In this document: piece after piece, positions 37,407-48,254 of the stretch
How positions within the stretch are numbered: the stretch's first letter is position 1
Layout of the letters: every line of letters starts with the position of its first letter
Assembly (NCBI GenBank): GCA_038231135.1
Contig: JBBRLX010000003.1
Location: forward strand, 64,001-128,000
DNA: 64,000 bases
DNA from: Candidatus Eiseniibacteriota bacterium
GTDB lineage: Bacteria; Eisenbacteria; RBG-16-71-46
Reading direction: 5' to 3'
Made by a program: the position numbers and the translations under genes
The notes under the pieces: generated by a model
What the model was told of the DNA's origin: nothing
Seen by the model: the letters and a program-made list of their open reading frames with translations, nothing else
Databases searched by the model: none

Positions 37407-40400
37407 ATGAAGATTCGACTGTACGGTCTCGCGTTGTCGGCGGCGCTCGTCGCCGCGGGTGCCGCGGCGGCGCCGCCGCCCGGCACTTCGCCGGCGCGGA
37501 CCCACACCGCGCAAGCCGGGAAACCGCTGCCGGCCGCCGCCGGGAAACCGCTGCCGGCCCGAGGCCGGAAGCCGCTGTCGGCGCCCGCCCGCGCCGAGCG
37601 CGCGGACCGGGTGCAGGTGCTCAGCCAGGCGCGGCGCATCGACGTCAACAACATCAACATGTTCGTGACGAACTACGGCACGTTCGCGAACGACATCGAG
37701 AATCAGGGCAACGCCGGGCTGTTCTTCCCGAAGGGCACGATCAAGACCGCGGTGTACCAGTCCGGCATCTGGCTGGTGGGCAAGGTGGGCGGCCAGCTGC
37801 GCGCCGCGATCGCCGAATACAGCCAGGAGTTCGTGCCGGGGAAGATGGTCGGGACGACGTTCGACAACCCGTCGCGCCCGGAATACCAGGTGTACAAGGT
37901 GGCGCGCTTCGCCGGCAGCTCGTCCGACACGGATCACGTCGAGCGGGATGCGGGCGCGATCGCGCGCGATCGCACGCTCGATCCGATCGTGCACAACTCG
38001 TGGAGCGAGTACATGCAGGGCGCGGCGCCCTACGGCGCGCCAACGCGTGACTACCGGCTCCCGAATCCCAACGTGCCGGGCGACTCGGTGACGATCACGG
38101 GCCCGGACGTGAGTGGCGACCAGATGCTGTGGAGCGTCTACAACGACGCCGATCCGTCGGCGCACATCAACAACGCGGGCCGCACGGCGCCGCTCGGCGT
38201 CGAGATCCAGCAGACGACGTTCGGCTTCGACCGCCAGGGCGCGCTCGGCAACACGGTGTTCCTGCGCTACCAGATCACGAACCACAGCGGCGCGCCGATC
38301 GACAGCATGTACGTCCAGCTGTGGGCCGATCCCGACCTGGGCGGCGCGGGCGACGACCTCGTGGGCTGCGACACCACCCTGTCTCTGGGTTATTGCTACA
38401 ACTCGACGAACACCGACCAACTGTACGGCGACCGGCCGCCGGCCCTGGGCTACGACTTCTTCCAGGGCCCGCGGGTCGGAGCGAATATCCTGCCGCTGAC
38501 GTCGTTCGTGTTCTATCAGAACGGCACCGATCCCTCGAGCGTGCAGCAGACGTTCAACTACATGAAGGGCCTGCACTCGGACGGCACGCCGTTCCTCGAC
38601 CAGAACGACAATCCCACCAAGTTCTACGCCTGGGGCGATCCGGTGGCGGGCACCGGCTATCTCGACACGAACCCGTCGGACCGCCGCTTCATGCTGATCT
38701 CGGGACCGTTCACGCTGCCCGCCGATTCGACGCAGACCATCGTTGGCGCGATCGTGATCGCCCAGGGCGGCGACCGGCTGTCGTCGGTGACGGGGCTCAA
38801 GTTCTTCGACATCAAGGCGCAGGCCGCGTTCGACGTGAACTTCAACCTGCCGCCGCCGCCGCCACAGCCCAAGGCGACGTTCAGCACCACCCACGACGCC
38901 GTCAATCTGCTGTGGGATTCCGGGTCGCGGTTCAACTATTCCCCGACGTTCGGCTATCAGTTCGAGGGCTACAACGTGTATCAGGGCGCCTCGATCTCGG
39001 GCCCGTGGAAGCGGCTCAAGACGTTCGACCTGGTCGATAACATCAAGGACGTGCGCGACACCGTGTTCGACGTGAACACCGGTCTGCTGATCACCGACCA
39101 GCCCACCGCGTTCGGCGCCGACAACGGCGTGCAGTACTCGTTCAGCACGGACCAGGACGCGATCCGCGGCGGCCCGCTGCGGCAGGGTACGACGTATTAC
39201 TACGCCGTGACGGCCTATGCGGTGAACGAGTCGCCGCCCCGGCGCGGATTCGAGAAGGTGCTCGAGACGTCGTTCCAGCCGATCGTGGTGACGGTCCAGA
39301 AGACCGCATCGGGGACCGACGTGGCGGCGGCCCGGGTCTTCCAGGCCGTGGATCACCGGGCGAACAGCGGGATCCCCGCCACCACCGACCACGTGCTCGT
39401 GGATGTCGTCGATCCCGCCTCGATCACCGGTCACACCTATTCCATCAGCTTCACGAACCTGGCGGTGCCGGTGATCGATGGCACCGACACGCTCACGACG
39501 ACATGGTCGCTGCGCGATTCGACGACCGGCCAGGTCCTGATCGCGAACCAACTCGCGCGCACGAACAGTCCCGACTACGCCCCGGTCGACGGCATGAACG
39601 TGCGGCTGCTCGGCAGCCAGGCGGCGGATCCGCCCAACGATCCGCTGAACGACGTGTACTACACGCCGTTCCGGTCGGACATGCCGTTCGCGCTGACCGG
39701 CCCGTTTGGCCTCGGGTTCTTCGACGGCGGCTGGGACTACGCATTCAATTTCCTCGCCGGCATCGATCCCACGGTGAATCCCGAGGCGTTCCCGACCGTG
39801 GAACTGCGGTATGGAACGGGCCAGAAGGCATATCGCTATTACCGCGATGAGCTTGCCGACGGAACCCCGCCTGGCCCTCCTCCGGGCGATCGCGGATACA
39901 TCTATGGTGGCTTCGACAACATCCAGTGGTCAGCGTGGGACGTGGATCACAACCAACAGCTCGAGATCGGGTTCGTGGAGCGCCGTGTCACGGACGACAA
40001 TCATGTCCAGACGGGGCCTCAGCCGGCCACGCACGACGGCACGTGGAATCCCGACGGTTCGTCGCTGGGTGGCCGGGAGTACCTGGGAGTCAGCTTGCGG
40101 CCCTACACCGGCACCGCCGCTCCCGAGCTGGCGCAGGACGCGGCGATCGTCGGCGCCGACACGCTGTGGCTCTACAACGCGGCGCTGCGCCGGAACGGCT
40201 CGCCGCTGCCCGGCGACAAGTTCACGGTGCTCGCCGGCGGCAACCGCCACGCGACGACGAACGACACGCTGAACTTCGCGACCCAGGCGCCGGCGCACAA
40301 CGTGGTCGCGCTCCAGAAGGCCGGGCTCGAGAACATCCGGGTGGTGCCGAATCCGTACTACAGCCGCTCGACGTACGAGATCTCGTCGTTCAACAAGATC

Positions 40401-40643
40401 GTCAAGTTCATGAACATGCCCGAGACGGCCACCGTGCGGATCTACAACCTCGCGGGGCATCTCGTCCGTACGCTGCGGAAGGTCGACGCACAGAGCTCGA
40501 TCCTGGAATGGGACCTGGAGAACGAGAACCGGCTGCCGGTCGCGAGCGGCGTGTACGTCTATCACGTCGAAGTGCCGGGGGCGGGCAGCACGGTCGGGCG
40601 CATGGTCGTGTTCATGGAAAAGGAACGGCTGCAGAACTTCTAG
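37407..40643 (+). CDS. Large secreted protein with FnIII-like module and T9SS-A/FlgD-Ig-like CTD
   Basis: Signal peptide; DPDLGG..DDLVG; FEGYNVY, YYYAVTAY; IRVVPNPY..IYNLAGHLVRTL..VASGVY. Confidence 0.85.
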   Translation: MKIRLYGLALSAALVAAGAAAAPPPGTSPARTHTAQAGKPLPAAAGKPLPARGRKPLSAPARAERADRVQVLSQARRIDVNNINMFVTNYGTFANDIENQGNAGLFFPKGTIKTAVYQSGIWLVGKVGGQLRAAIAEYSQEFVPGKMVGTTFDNPSRPEYQVYKVARFAGSSSDTDHVERDAGAIARDRTLDPIVHNSWSEYMQGAAPYGAPTRDYRLPNPNVPGDSVTITGPDVSGDQMLWSVYNDADPSAHINNAGRTAPLGVEIQQTTFGFDRQGALGNTVFLRYQITNHSGAPIDSMYVQLWADPDLGGAGDDLVGCDTTLSLGYCYNSTNTDQLYGDRPPALGYDFFQGPRVGANILPLTSFVFYQNGTDPSSVQQTFNYMKGLHSDGTPFLDQNDNPTKFYAWGDPVAGTGYLDTNPSDRRFMLISGPFTLPADSTQTIVGAIVIAQGGDRLSSVTGLKFFDIKAQAAFDVNFNLPPPPPQPKATFSTTHDAVNLLWDSGSRFNYSPTFGYQFEGYNVYQGASISGPWKRLKTFDLVDNIKDVRDTVFDVNTGLLITDQPTAFGADNGVQYSFSTDQDAIRGGPLRQGTTYYYAVTAYAVNESPPRRGFEKVLETSFQPIVVTVQKTASGTDVAAARVFQAVDHRANSGIPATTDHVLVDVVDPASITGHTYSISFTNLAVPVIDGTDTLTTTWSLRDSTTGQVLIANQLARTNSPDYAPVDGMNVRLLGSQAADPPNDPLNDVYYTPFRSDMPFALTGPFGLGFFDGGWDYAFNFLAGIDPTVNPEAFPTVELRYGTGQKAYRYYRDELADGTPPGPPPGDRGYIYGGFDNIQWSAWDVDHNQQLEIGFVERRVTDDNHVQTGPQPATHDGTWNPDGSSLGGREYLGVSLRPYTGTAAPELAQDAAIVGADTLWLYNAALRRNGSPLPGDKFTVLAGGNRHATTNDTLNFATQAPAHNVVALQKAGLENIRVVPNPYYSRSTYEISSFNKIVKFMNMPETATVRIYNLAGHLVRTLRKVDAQSSILEWDLENENRLPVASGVYVYHVEVPGAGSTVGRMVVFMEKERLQNF
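37515..37583 (+). repeat. 24-nt period coding tandem repeat (GKPLPA-like, 3 copies)
   Basis: GCCGGGAAACCGCTGCCGGCC at 37515 and 37539, plus a degenerate third copy. Confidence 0.8.
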
Positions 40644-40655
40644 GAGGTCAGGACC

Positions 40656-41768
40656 ATGCATCGCATGATCGAACGATATCCAGTGAGGAGCGCCCGGCGG
40701 TTCGGGGCTCCCGTGCTGGCTCTGGCCGCCCTCGTCCTGTCCGCGGCGCTCGCGCAGGCGGGCTCGGACGGCCGCAAGGGGACGGCGGGAGCCACGGAGC
40801 TGCAGATTCCGGTGGGGCCGCGCGGCACCGCGCTGGGCGGTGCGGTGGCGAGCGACGTGACGGGCATCGAAGCCATGTACTGGAACCCGGCGGGTCTCGC
40901 GGCGACCACGTCCACGGAGGCGATGTTCTCCCACACCCAGTATTTTGCCGACATGAAGCTCAACTATGCGGGCATTGCGGCGAAGGCCGGCGGTCTCGGC
41001 ACACTGGGCTTCGCGGCCAAGGTGCTGTCGATCGGTGACATTGTCGTCACCACCGAGCAGGCCCCGGACGGCACCGGCGAAGTGCTGAGTCCGACGTTCA
41101 GCGTGCTCGGATTCACCTGGGCGCGGCAGTTCACGGACCGCGTCAACTTCGGCGCCACCGCGAACTACGTCAACGAGTCCATTTCGAACAACAGCGCGAG
41201 CGGTGTGGCGTTCGACTTCGGCGTCCAGTACGCGACCGGCTGGCAGGGGTTGCGGATCGGCATGGCGATGAAGAACGTCGGCACGTCGATGTCGTACTCG
41301 GGGCCGGGCTTCGAGATCCTCACGCGGGACCCGTCGTCCGATCCGAATGCCGGCAATCGCGGGCTGAGCTTCTCGTCGACATCGTTCAACATGCCGTCGT
41401 ACTTCACGCTGGCGTCGAGCGTGGACGTGCTGCGCTCGAGCGAGCAGTCGCTGGTCGCGCTCGGATCGTTCCAGAACAACAACTTCTCCGGCGACAACGT
41501 CCGGGGCGGCGTGGAATGGTCCTATCGCGACGCGTTCGCGCTGCGCGGGTCGTATTTCGGCACGTTCAACGGCACGACCGACCCGGCCACGGGGGAGGAG
41601 TCGTTCAAGCTCAGCGCGGGGGACGATCTGTACTCCGGATACGCCGTCGGCGCCGGGGCGAAGGCCCACTTCGGCGACGCCGGCCGCATCGGCATCGACT
41701 TCACCTGGCGCCCCGTCCGCCAACAGTTCGACGACATCATCGACCTGTCGGTGAAGCTCGACTTCTAA
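40656..41768 (+). CDS. PorV/PorQ-like (UPF0164) outer-membrane protein
   Basis: LQIPVGPRGTALG; YWNPAGL; FDFGVQY; C-terminal Phe. Confidence 0.85.
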   Translation: MHRMIERYPVRSARRFGAPVLALAALVLSAALAQAGSDGRKGTAGATELQIPVGPRGTALGGAVASDVTGIEAMYWNPAGLAATTSTEAMFSHTQYFADMKLNYAGIAAKAGGLGTLGFAAKVLSIGDIVVTTEQAPDGTGEVLSPTFSVLGFTWARQFTDRVNFGATANYVNESISNNSASGVAFDFGVQYATGWQGLRIGMAMKNVGTSMSYSGPGFEILTRDPSSDPNAGNRGLSFSSTSFNMPSYFTLASSVDVLRSSEQSLVALGSFQNNNFSGDNVRGGVEWSYRDAFALRGSYFGTFNGTTDPATGEESFKLSAGDDLYSGYAVGAGAKAHFGDAGRIGIDFTWRPVRQQFDDIIDLSVKLDF

Positions 41769-41785
41769 GCGCCGCGCCACCCACA

Positions 41786-41825
41786 AACGAATCGGCCCGC
41801 CAATCCACCGGCGGGCCGATTCGTT
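41786..41825. terminator. Bidirectional terminator hairpin
   Basis: Perfect 16-bp stem AACGAATCGGCCCGCC/GGCGGGCCGATTCGTT between convergent genes. Confidence 0.85.
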
Positions 41826-41839
41826 GTCTCTCATAGAGC

Positions 41840-43108
41840 CTATGCATAAACTCCGCGCAACATGATGACCCTGACCACCCGCTCGATTGCCACCATGAAC
41901 GCGGCCACCCGCATGTCGACCTTGTGCTCCACCGACTTGGCGAGCACGTCCTTGAACGCGGGCACCATGGTCTGCTCGAGGCGCAGGTTGACCTCGGCCT
42001 CCGGCCAGTAGAGCCCCATGCGGTTCTGGACCCATTCGAAGTACGACACGGTCACACCGCCCGAGTTGCACAGGATGTCCGGGATCACGAACACGCCCCG
42101 TTGCTGGAGGATGATGTCGGCATCGGGGGTGGTGGGGCCGTTGGCGCCTTCGGCCACGATGCGGGCGCGGATCTTGTCGGCGTTGTCGGCGCGGATCTGA
42201 TTCTCGAGCGCGGCCGGCACCAGGATGTCGCAGTCGTACTCGATGATCGAAGTGGTCAGCGGTTTGCTGCCGGGGAATCCGGCGACGCCACGGTGGTCGA
42301 TCGTCCAGCGGATCAGCGTCGGCACATCGAGTCCATCGGGATTGTGGATCGCGCCCGAGATGTCGCACACCGCCACGATCTTCGCTCCGTCCTTCGCCAT
42401 CAGGTCGGCCGATACCGAGCCCACGTTGCCGAATCCCTGCACCGCCACGCGCGCGCCCTGGAGCGGCAGGTCCAGGTGGCGGCAGGCCTCCCGCACGCAC
42501 AGCAGGACGCCACGGCCGGTGGCTTCGCGGCGGCCCAGCGAGCCGCCGATCTCGAGCGGTTTGCCGGTGACGACCGCGGTCTCGGTGCGGCGCTCGTGCA
42601 TGGAATACGTGTCCATGAACCACGCCATCACCTGCTCGTTGGTATTCACGTCCGGCGCCGGCACGTCGCTCTCGGGGCCGAACAGGTCCGACAGGTCCGC
42701 GGCGTAGCGGCGCGTGAGTTTCTCGAGTTCGCCCAGGGACATCTTGCTCGGATCGCAGGCGATGCCGCCCTTGCCGCCGCCGAATGGAATGTTGACCACC
42801 GCGCACTTCCAGGTCATCCAGGCGGCGAGCGCCTCGACCTCCTCCAGCGTCACGTCGGGATGGTAGCGGATGCCGCCCTTCGCAGGTCCGCGCACGATCG
42901 AGTGCTGGACGCGGTAGCCGGTGAACACCTTGAACGTGCCGTTGTCCATCAAGATCGGGAGCGACTGGATCGTCGCCCGGCGCGGCCGCTTGATGATCTC
43001 CTTGATGCCGTCCGGCAAGTTGAGGCGCGACGCCGCTTCATCGAACTGGCGCTCGGCGTTCGCCAGCGGATTCAATTCCTTCTGGATGTTGGTGCCTTCG
43101 ACTTGCAC
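41840..43108 (-). CDS. gdhA: Glu/Leu/Phe/Val dehydrogenase (glutamate dehydrogenase)
   Basis: GPAKGGIRYHP; GGGKGG; VPAPDV; GFGNVG; EGANGP; VSYFEW; GTG start after GGAG. Confidence 0.93.
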   Translation of the reverse strand: MQVEGTNIQKELNPLANAERQFDEAASRLNLPDGIKEIIKRPRRATIQSLPILMDNGTFKVFTGYRVQHSIVRGPAKGGIRYHPDVTLEEVEALAAWMTWKCAVVNIPFGGGKGGIACDPSKMSLGELEKLTRRYAADLSDLFGPESDVPAPDVNTNEQVMAWFMDTYSMHERRTETAVVTGKPLEIGGSLGRREATGRGVLLCVREACRHLDLPLQGARVAVQGFGNVGSVSADLMAKDGAKIVAVCDISGAIHNPDGLDVPTLIRWTIDHRGVAGFPGSKPLTTSIIEYDCDILVPAALENQIRADNADKIRARIVAEGANGPTTPDADIILQQRGVFVIPDILCNSGGVTVSYFEWVQNRMGLYWPEAEVNLRLEQTMVPAFKDVLAKSVEHKVDMRVAAFMVAIERVVRVIMLRGVYA

Positions 43109-43203
43109 GGGATTCTCCAGGAACGGGCGTCGCGGACGCATCCGCGGTGGCCTTGGCAACGGCTCGGTCCCCGTGACCCACGGGGGTGGGACGACGCGCG
43201 CGA

Positions 43204-43232
43204 AGTATAGGTCGGCCCGCGGAAGGCCTCAA
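43204..43232 (-). promoter_or_regulatory. Putative sigma70 promoter of gdhA
   Basis: TTGAGG-N17-TATACT. Confidence 0.55.
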
Positions 43233-43243
43233 CCGCGGTCACT

Positions 43244-44128
43244 TCATCGGTCTCGACTGGCCCGCGCTGGTTCGCGGCCCCGCCCGGCGCCGGCGCGTGG
43301 ACTTCGCGCCACGAGCCGGTTGCGGGAATCGTCCCAGAACGCCCGCACCTCGCCCCACGTCACCTCGAGCGGGGCGGGATCGAGCGCAGCGCGCGGCTCG
43401 AGCCCGGCGGGCCGGGCCGCGGTGGACCGCAGCGGCGCCTGGCCCTGGTCCGCGAGCGTTTCATCGTCGATCTGCTCGATGTACCAGCGGGTGCTGTCGC
43501 GCAGGAAGCCCTTGTCTTTCAGCTCCTGCGGGAGCAGCGCCGAGTCACCGCGCACCACGAAGAACCGCGTGACGCCGGTGACCTGGTAGTCCGGGGTTTC
43601 GATGCGCAACAACGTCTGCGCCGCGATCTCCTTGTGAACCCTGGCGCTCTTTCCGCGACGACTGTCGGGCAGCGCGACGAGGTTCTGATCGAACGTCAGA
43701 TTGATGCTGACCGGCGGCGGCTCGGCGGCGGTGCCGCGCACGAAGATGTTCGTGGCGATGTCGAGCTCGTCCTCGCGGGTGAGCGACCGGTTCCGGTACA
43801 CGTTGCCGGCGGTGTCGGTCGGCGCGAAGAAGAACTGGTAGTCGTCGGTGAAGATCTCGCGGTAGAGGTTCGGATCGCGATGGTTCCAGCACCATTCGTA
43901 GAGCCTGAGGACGCCGATCGCGGTGCCGGGATCGGGCGGAGCGGACGAGAACCCCGAAGTGCGGGTCACGCGCGGCTCGAATGGGTTGAAGCAGCCCGCT
44001 GCGAGCACGCCGAGGGCGAGGACGACCGCGCCGACTCCGAGGATCCGCAGCCACCCGCGGCCGCGGCCGTTTGCAGGGCCGCCCCCGCGCACCCGCCATG
44101 GGGTTCCGAATGACAGCCGATTCCGCAT
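43244..44128 (-). CDS. Uncharacterised lipoprotein
   Basis: LAAG-C lipobox; YREIFTDDYQFFFAP; start overlaps upstream stop. Confidence 0.7.
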   Translation of the reverse strand: MRNRLSFGTPWRVRGGGPANGRGRGWLRILGVGAVVLALGVLAAGCFNPFEPRVTRTSGFSSAPPDPGTAIGVLRLYEWCWNHRDPNLYREIFTDDYQFFFAPTDTAGNVYRNRSLTREDELDIATNIFVRGTAAEPPPVSINLTFDQNLVALPDSRRGKSARVHKEIAAQTLLRIETPDYQVTGVTRFFVVRGDSALLPQELKDKGFLRDSTRWYIEQIDDETLADQGQAPLRSTAARPAGLEPRAALDPAPLEVTWGEVRAFWDDSRNRLVARSPRAGAGRGREPARASRDR

Positions 44129-44817
44129 CACGACGGCGCCAGGCGGCGCTCTCCCATCGATAATTCGCCGGCATCGCGATTGGCGTCGGTCGCCTCGCGA
44201 TCCTGCCAGCGTACGATCACCCACTTGGACGATGCTCTCACGAACACCAGCGCCGCGAACCCGCGCGCGAAGATCTGGGTCTCTCCACCCTGCAGGATTG
44301 CGATCGCACGGTATTCACGGTACAGCGTCGCGGTATCCGACTGGTAGTCGTCTTCGGTGGTGACGTCCTTGCTCCACTGGAACAGGTAGGTGGCGCCGGC
44401 GGGCACGCTCGACAGCGTCACGAACCGCGAATAGAAATTGTCCTCATGGGCGTGATCCCAGTCGGGAGGCGGAGTTATGCCCAGCTGGGCCATATGGTTG
44501 ACGGTCTGCGGATCGAAGAACGCATGGAATTCGCGCCCGTCGACCGTGGTATCGCCGAACGCCCCCGAATACGCCGACTGACCATTCGACCGGCCCTTGT
44601 CCGCGATCGCGCGCGCCACCGTCCCCAGCGTGCTGTCGGGCTGGGAGTAGTTCGGCACCACCGAAGTCCCCGGCCGCGGCGCTTCCGGCGAAGCCGGCCG
44701 AAAGTACCCGCACCCCGACAGCGCCCCGAGCACGAGCGCGAGCGAGAACAGCGCCGGCCACCAGCGGTCCGAGGGGCGCGTCTCCCCGTAGCGTGCTCGC
44801 TGCGTTACAATTGCCAT
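44128..44817 (-). CDS. Uncharacterised lipoprotein
   Basis: LSG-C lipobox; EFHAFFDP; WVIVRWQD. Confidence 0.7.
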   Translation of the reverse strand: MAIVTQRARYGETRPSDRWWPALFSLALVLGALSGCGYFRPASPEAPRPGTSVVPNYSQPDSTLGTVARAIADKGRSNGQSAYSGAFGDTTVDGREFHAFFDPQTVNHMAQLGITPPPDWDHAHEDNFYSRFVTLSSVPAGATYLFQWSKDVTTEDDYQSDTATLYREYRAIAILQGGETQIFARGFAALVFVRASSKWVIVRWQDREATDANRDAGELSMGERRLAPS

Positions 44818-46952
44818 GATAATTCCAGCCTGCCGTTCCAGTAGTCCGATTCAGCGCGTGGCGAGGGTTGCGCGAGGCCGTTCTGGAACGTGATCCCGCG
44901 ATTGCCCCGGTAGGAGCGCTGGAGATCGCCCGACAACCGCCCCTTCGCCCCGAGCGGAATGTTGAGGTTGCCGCCGCCCGAGAAATTGAGCGTCCGGTCG
45001 TCGCGCTGCGGGATCGAGCCCTGGTCCGTCACGGTGGCACGCGTGTTCGCCAGGTACTCGGTCGTCACGTTCAGCGCGAACAGCGGCGTCGGCTGGAACG
45101 TGATGCGGGTCCGCAGCGTGTAGTTGCGGCTCTCGTCCGCCTTGCTGAAGTACTCGGCGTCCGACAGCAGCGTGTAGTTGCCGCTCGGCGAGGTCTGGGC
45201 GACGTGGGTGATCTCGATGCTGGTGCGCGGCGTCACCACGGCGTTCAGCGTGGTGCGCGCCTCGTAGTTCAGCGTGAGCCGGTTGTTCACCGGCAGATTC
45301 GGGAACCGGATGTAGTCGGCGCTGAGCTGGTTGCGTTGCGTGGCCGTGAACCCCGGCAGGATCTGGCACGTCCAGCGCCATTCGGCGCGGTAGGTGCGGG
45401 TCTCGTTGTTGCCGCCGGTGCTCTGGCTCGGCAGGCTGATCAGCGACAGCCGGATCACCTCCATCGCCGCCCCGGTGCTGATGCGCTGCGAGCGGTTGTA
45501 CTGCCCGTCGATCCGGAACTGCTGCCGGTACTGATCCCGGTCCACGGGCAGGCTGGGGAACGAGTCGATCACGGAGTAGCGCGACTGGCTCAGGCTCACG
45601 TTGCCGTTGGCCGTGAACGTGAACCGCGGCCCGAACGCGTGGGTGAGCGAGGACTGGACCTGGCGGGAACTGGTCTTCTCGAGATAGCCGCCGCTTGCCA
45701 CGCGCTTCGGGAACCGCGAGTTGTAGTAGGTGTTGTCGAACGAGCCGTCGAGGTACCAGCCGAGCAACGCATAGCGGCCATCCACGTCGAACGCCTGGTC
45801 GGACCGGGTGTTCAGCGAGCTGAGATTGCTCGCGGTCGCGTTCCCCGAGCGCCCCAGCCGCTCGGTGACGTTCAGGTAGCGGTCATTGTCGCGCCGCATC
45901 CGCACCGCGGTGACGATCTTGTCGGTGTTGGTGCGGATCTGCTGGATCTGCGTGCTGTCGAGCGGCGATTCGACGCGCACCCGCCGGATGCCGTAGGTGA
46001 CGTTGAGCCCGATCGGCGAGTTCTGGTACATGCCGAGCGTGCCGTCGATGCTGTTCGCGAGGTCGCGGGTGTCGAACTCCTGGATCGCGCCCGGCACCCG
46101 CGTCTTCGCCGCGTTGCCGCTCAGGTGTCCGGTGACATCGTTCACCAGCCAGTCGCGTTGATAACGGGTGTGGCCCGTGAGGTCGCCCGACACGCCGCGT
46201 TTGATCTGCGAGACGTTCGTGAGGCCGAGGATGCCGCCGAAGAACGACAGCTCGCCGCCGAGGTTCCGCGACGGCTGCCCCTTGGCGCGCGCCGACAGCT
46301 GGAATTCGTTCTTGATCTCGGACTCGTTGTTGAGGTTGCCGGGATTCTTGCTGTCGAACCGCTCGAGGTTGGCGCGGCCGCCCAGCGACGCGTTGGGGGA
46401 GAACTTCCAGCCGCCCTCGGTGGTCGCGGTGCGGTTCTGCTGCAGGTTCAATTGCCCCCCCGCCCGGAACTGCTGGAGCGAGATGTTCGTGCTGTTGCGC
46501 AGGAACAGCGGTCCCCGAACCAGGTTCCAGTCGGCGGCGTTCGTCCAGATGTTCGTGGTCTGAGCGATGTTGTAGCTGCTCGTGTACTGGAGCGACGTCG
46601 CGCGCTGAAGCTTCGACGACAGTGGATTGAATTGCTCCCGGCGCATGATCACCCCCACGCTGTCGACCGTCGCGTGCAGGCTGTCGGACAGGAACGTGAT
46701 CCGGTCGAGGCTCATGCGATAGCGAATCGACAGCGCCCGGAGCGTATCGGGCGTGAGGCCGAGACTGTCCGCGAGCGGGAACAGCCGCCCGAACGTGAGA
46801 TTCAGCGTGTCCCGCAGCAGCGTCGTATCGGCGAACGCGAAGCGCCCGGTCGGCGCGGGAGGGGCCGTTTGCGCGGCGCCCGGGTCGCGCGCGGCCGCGA
46901 GGCCAATCGCAAGGGGAACAAGGAGAAGGAGAAGTCGCGTGGGTCGGGTCAT
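44805..46952 (-). CDS. Uncharacterised outer-membrane beta-barrel protein
   Basis: Signal peptide; long run of alternating beta strands; terminal GRLELSWQL. Confidence 0.7.
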   Translation of the reverse strand: MTRPTRLLLLLVPLAIGLAAARDPGAAQTAPPAPTGRFAFADTTLLRDTLNLTFGRLFPLADSLGLTPDTLRALSIRYRMSLDRITFLSDSLHATVDSVGVIMRREQFNPLSSKLQRATSLQYTSSYNIAQTTNIWTNAADWNLVRGPLFLRNSTNISLQQFRAGGQLNLQQNRTATTEGGWKFSPNASLGGRANLERFDSKNPGNLNNESEIKNEFQLSARAKGQPSRNLGGELSFFGGILGLTNVSQIKRGVSGDLTGHTRYQRDWLVNDVTGHLSGNAAKTRVPGAIQEFDTRDLANSIDGTLGMYQNSPIGLNVTYGIRRVRVESPLDSTQIQQIRTNTDKIVTAVRMRRDNDRYLNVTERLGRSGNATASNLSSLNTRSDQAFDVDGRYALLGWYLDGSFDNTYYNSRFPKRVASGGYLEKTSSRQVQSSLTHAFGPRFTFTANGNVSLSQSRYSVIDSFPSLPVDRDQYRQQFRIDGQYNRSQRISTGAAMEVIRLSLISLPSQSTGGNNETRTYRAEWRWTCQILPGFTATQRNQLSADYIRFPNLPVNNRLTLNYEARTTLNAVVTPRTSIEITHVAQTSPSGNYTLLSDAEYFSKADESRNYTLRTRITFQPTPLFALNVTTEYLANTRATVTDQGSIPQRDDRTLNFSGGGNLNIPLGAKGRLSGDLQRSYRGNRGITFQNGLAQPSPRAESDYWNGRLELSWQL

Positions 46953-47056
46953 TCGGACGTGCCGCGGCACCCAGAGAGGGAGGCGCAACGAGCCTAGCAT
47001 CGGCCAGGAAACACGGTCAATGAATTGCTCTACCCCGCGACGGGTCATCCCGATGA

Positions 47057-48250
<1,194 letters not shown>

Positions 48251-48254
48251 GTTC

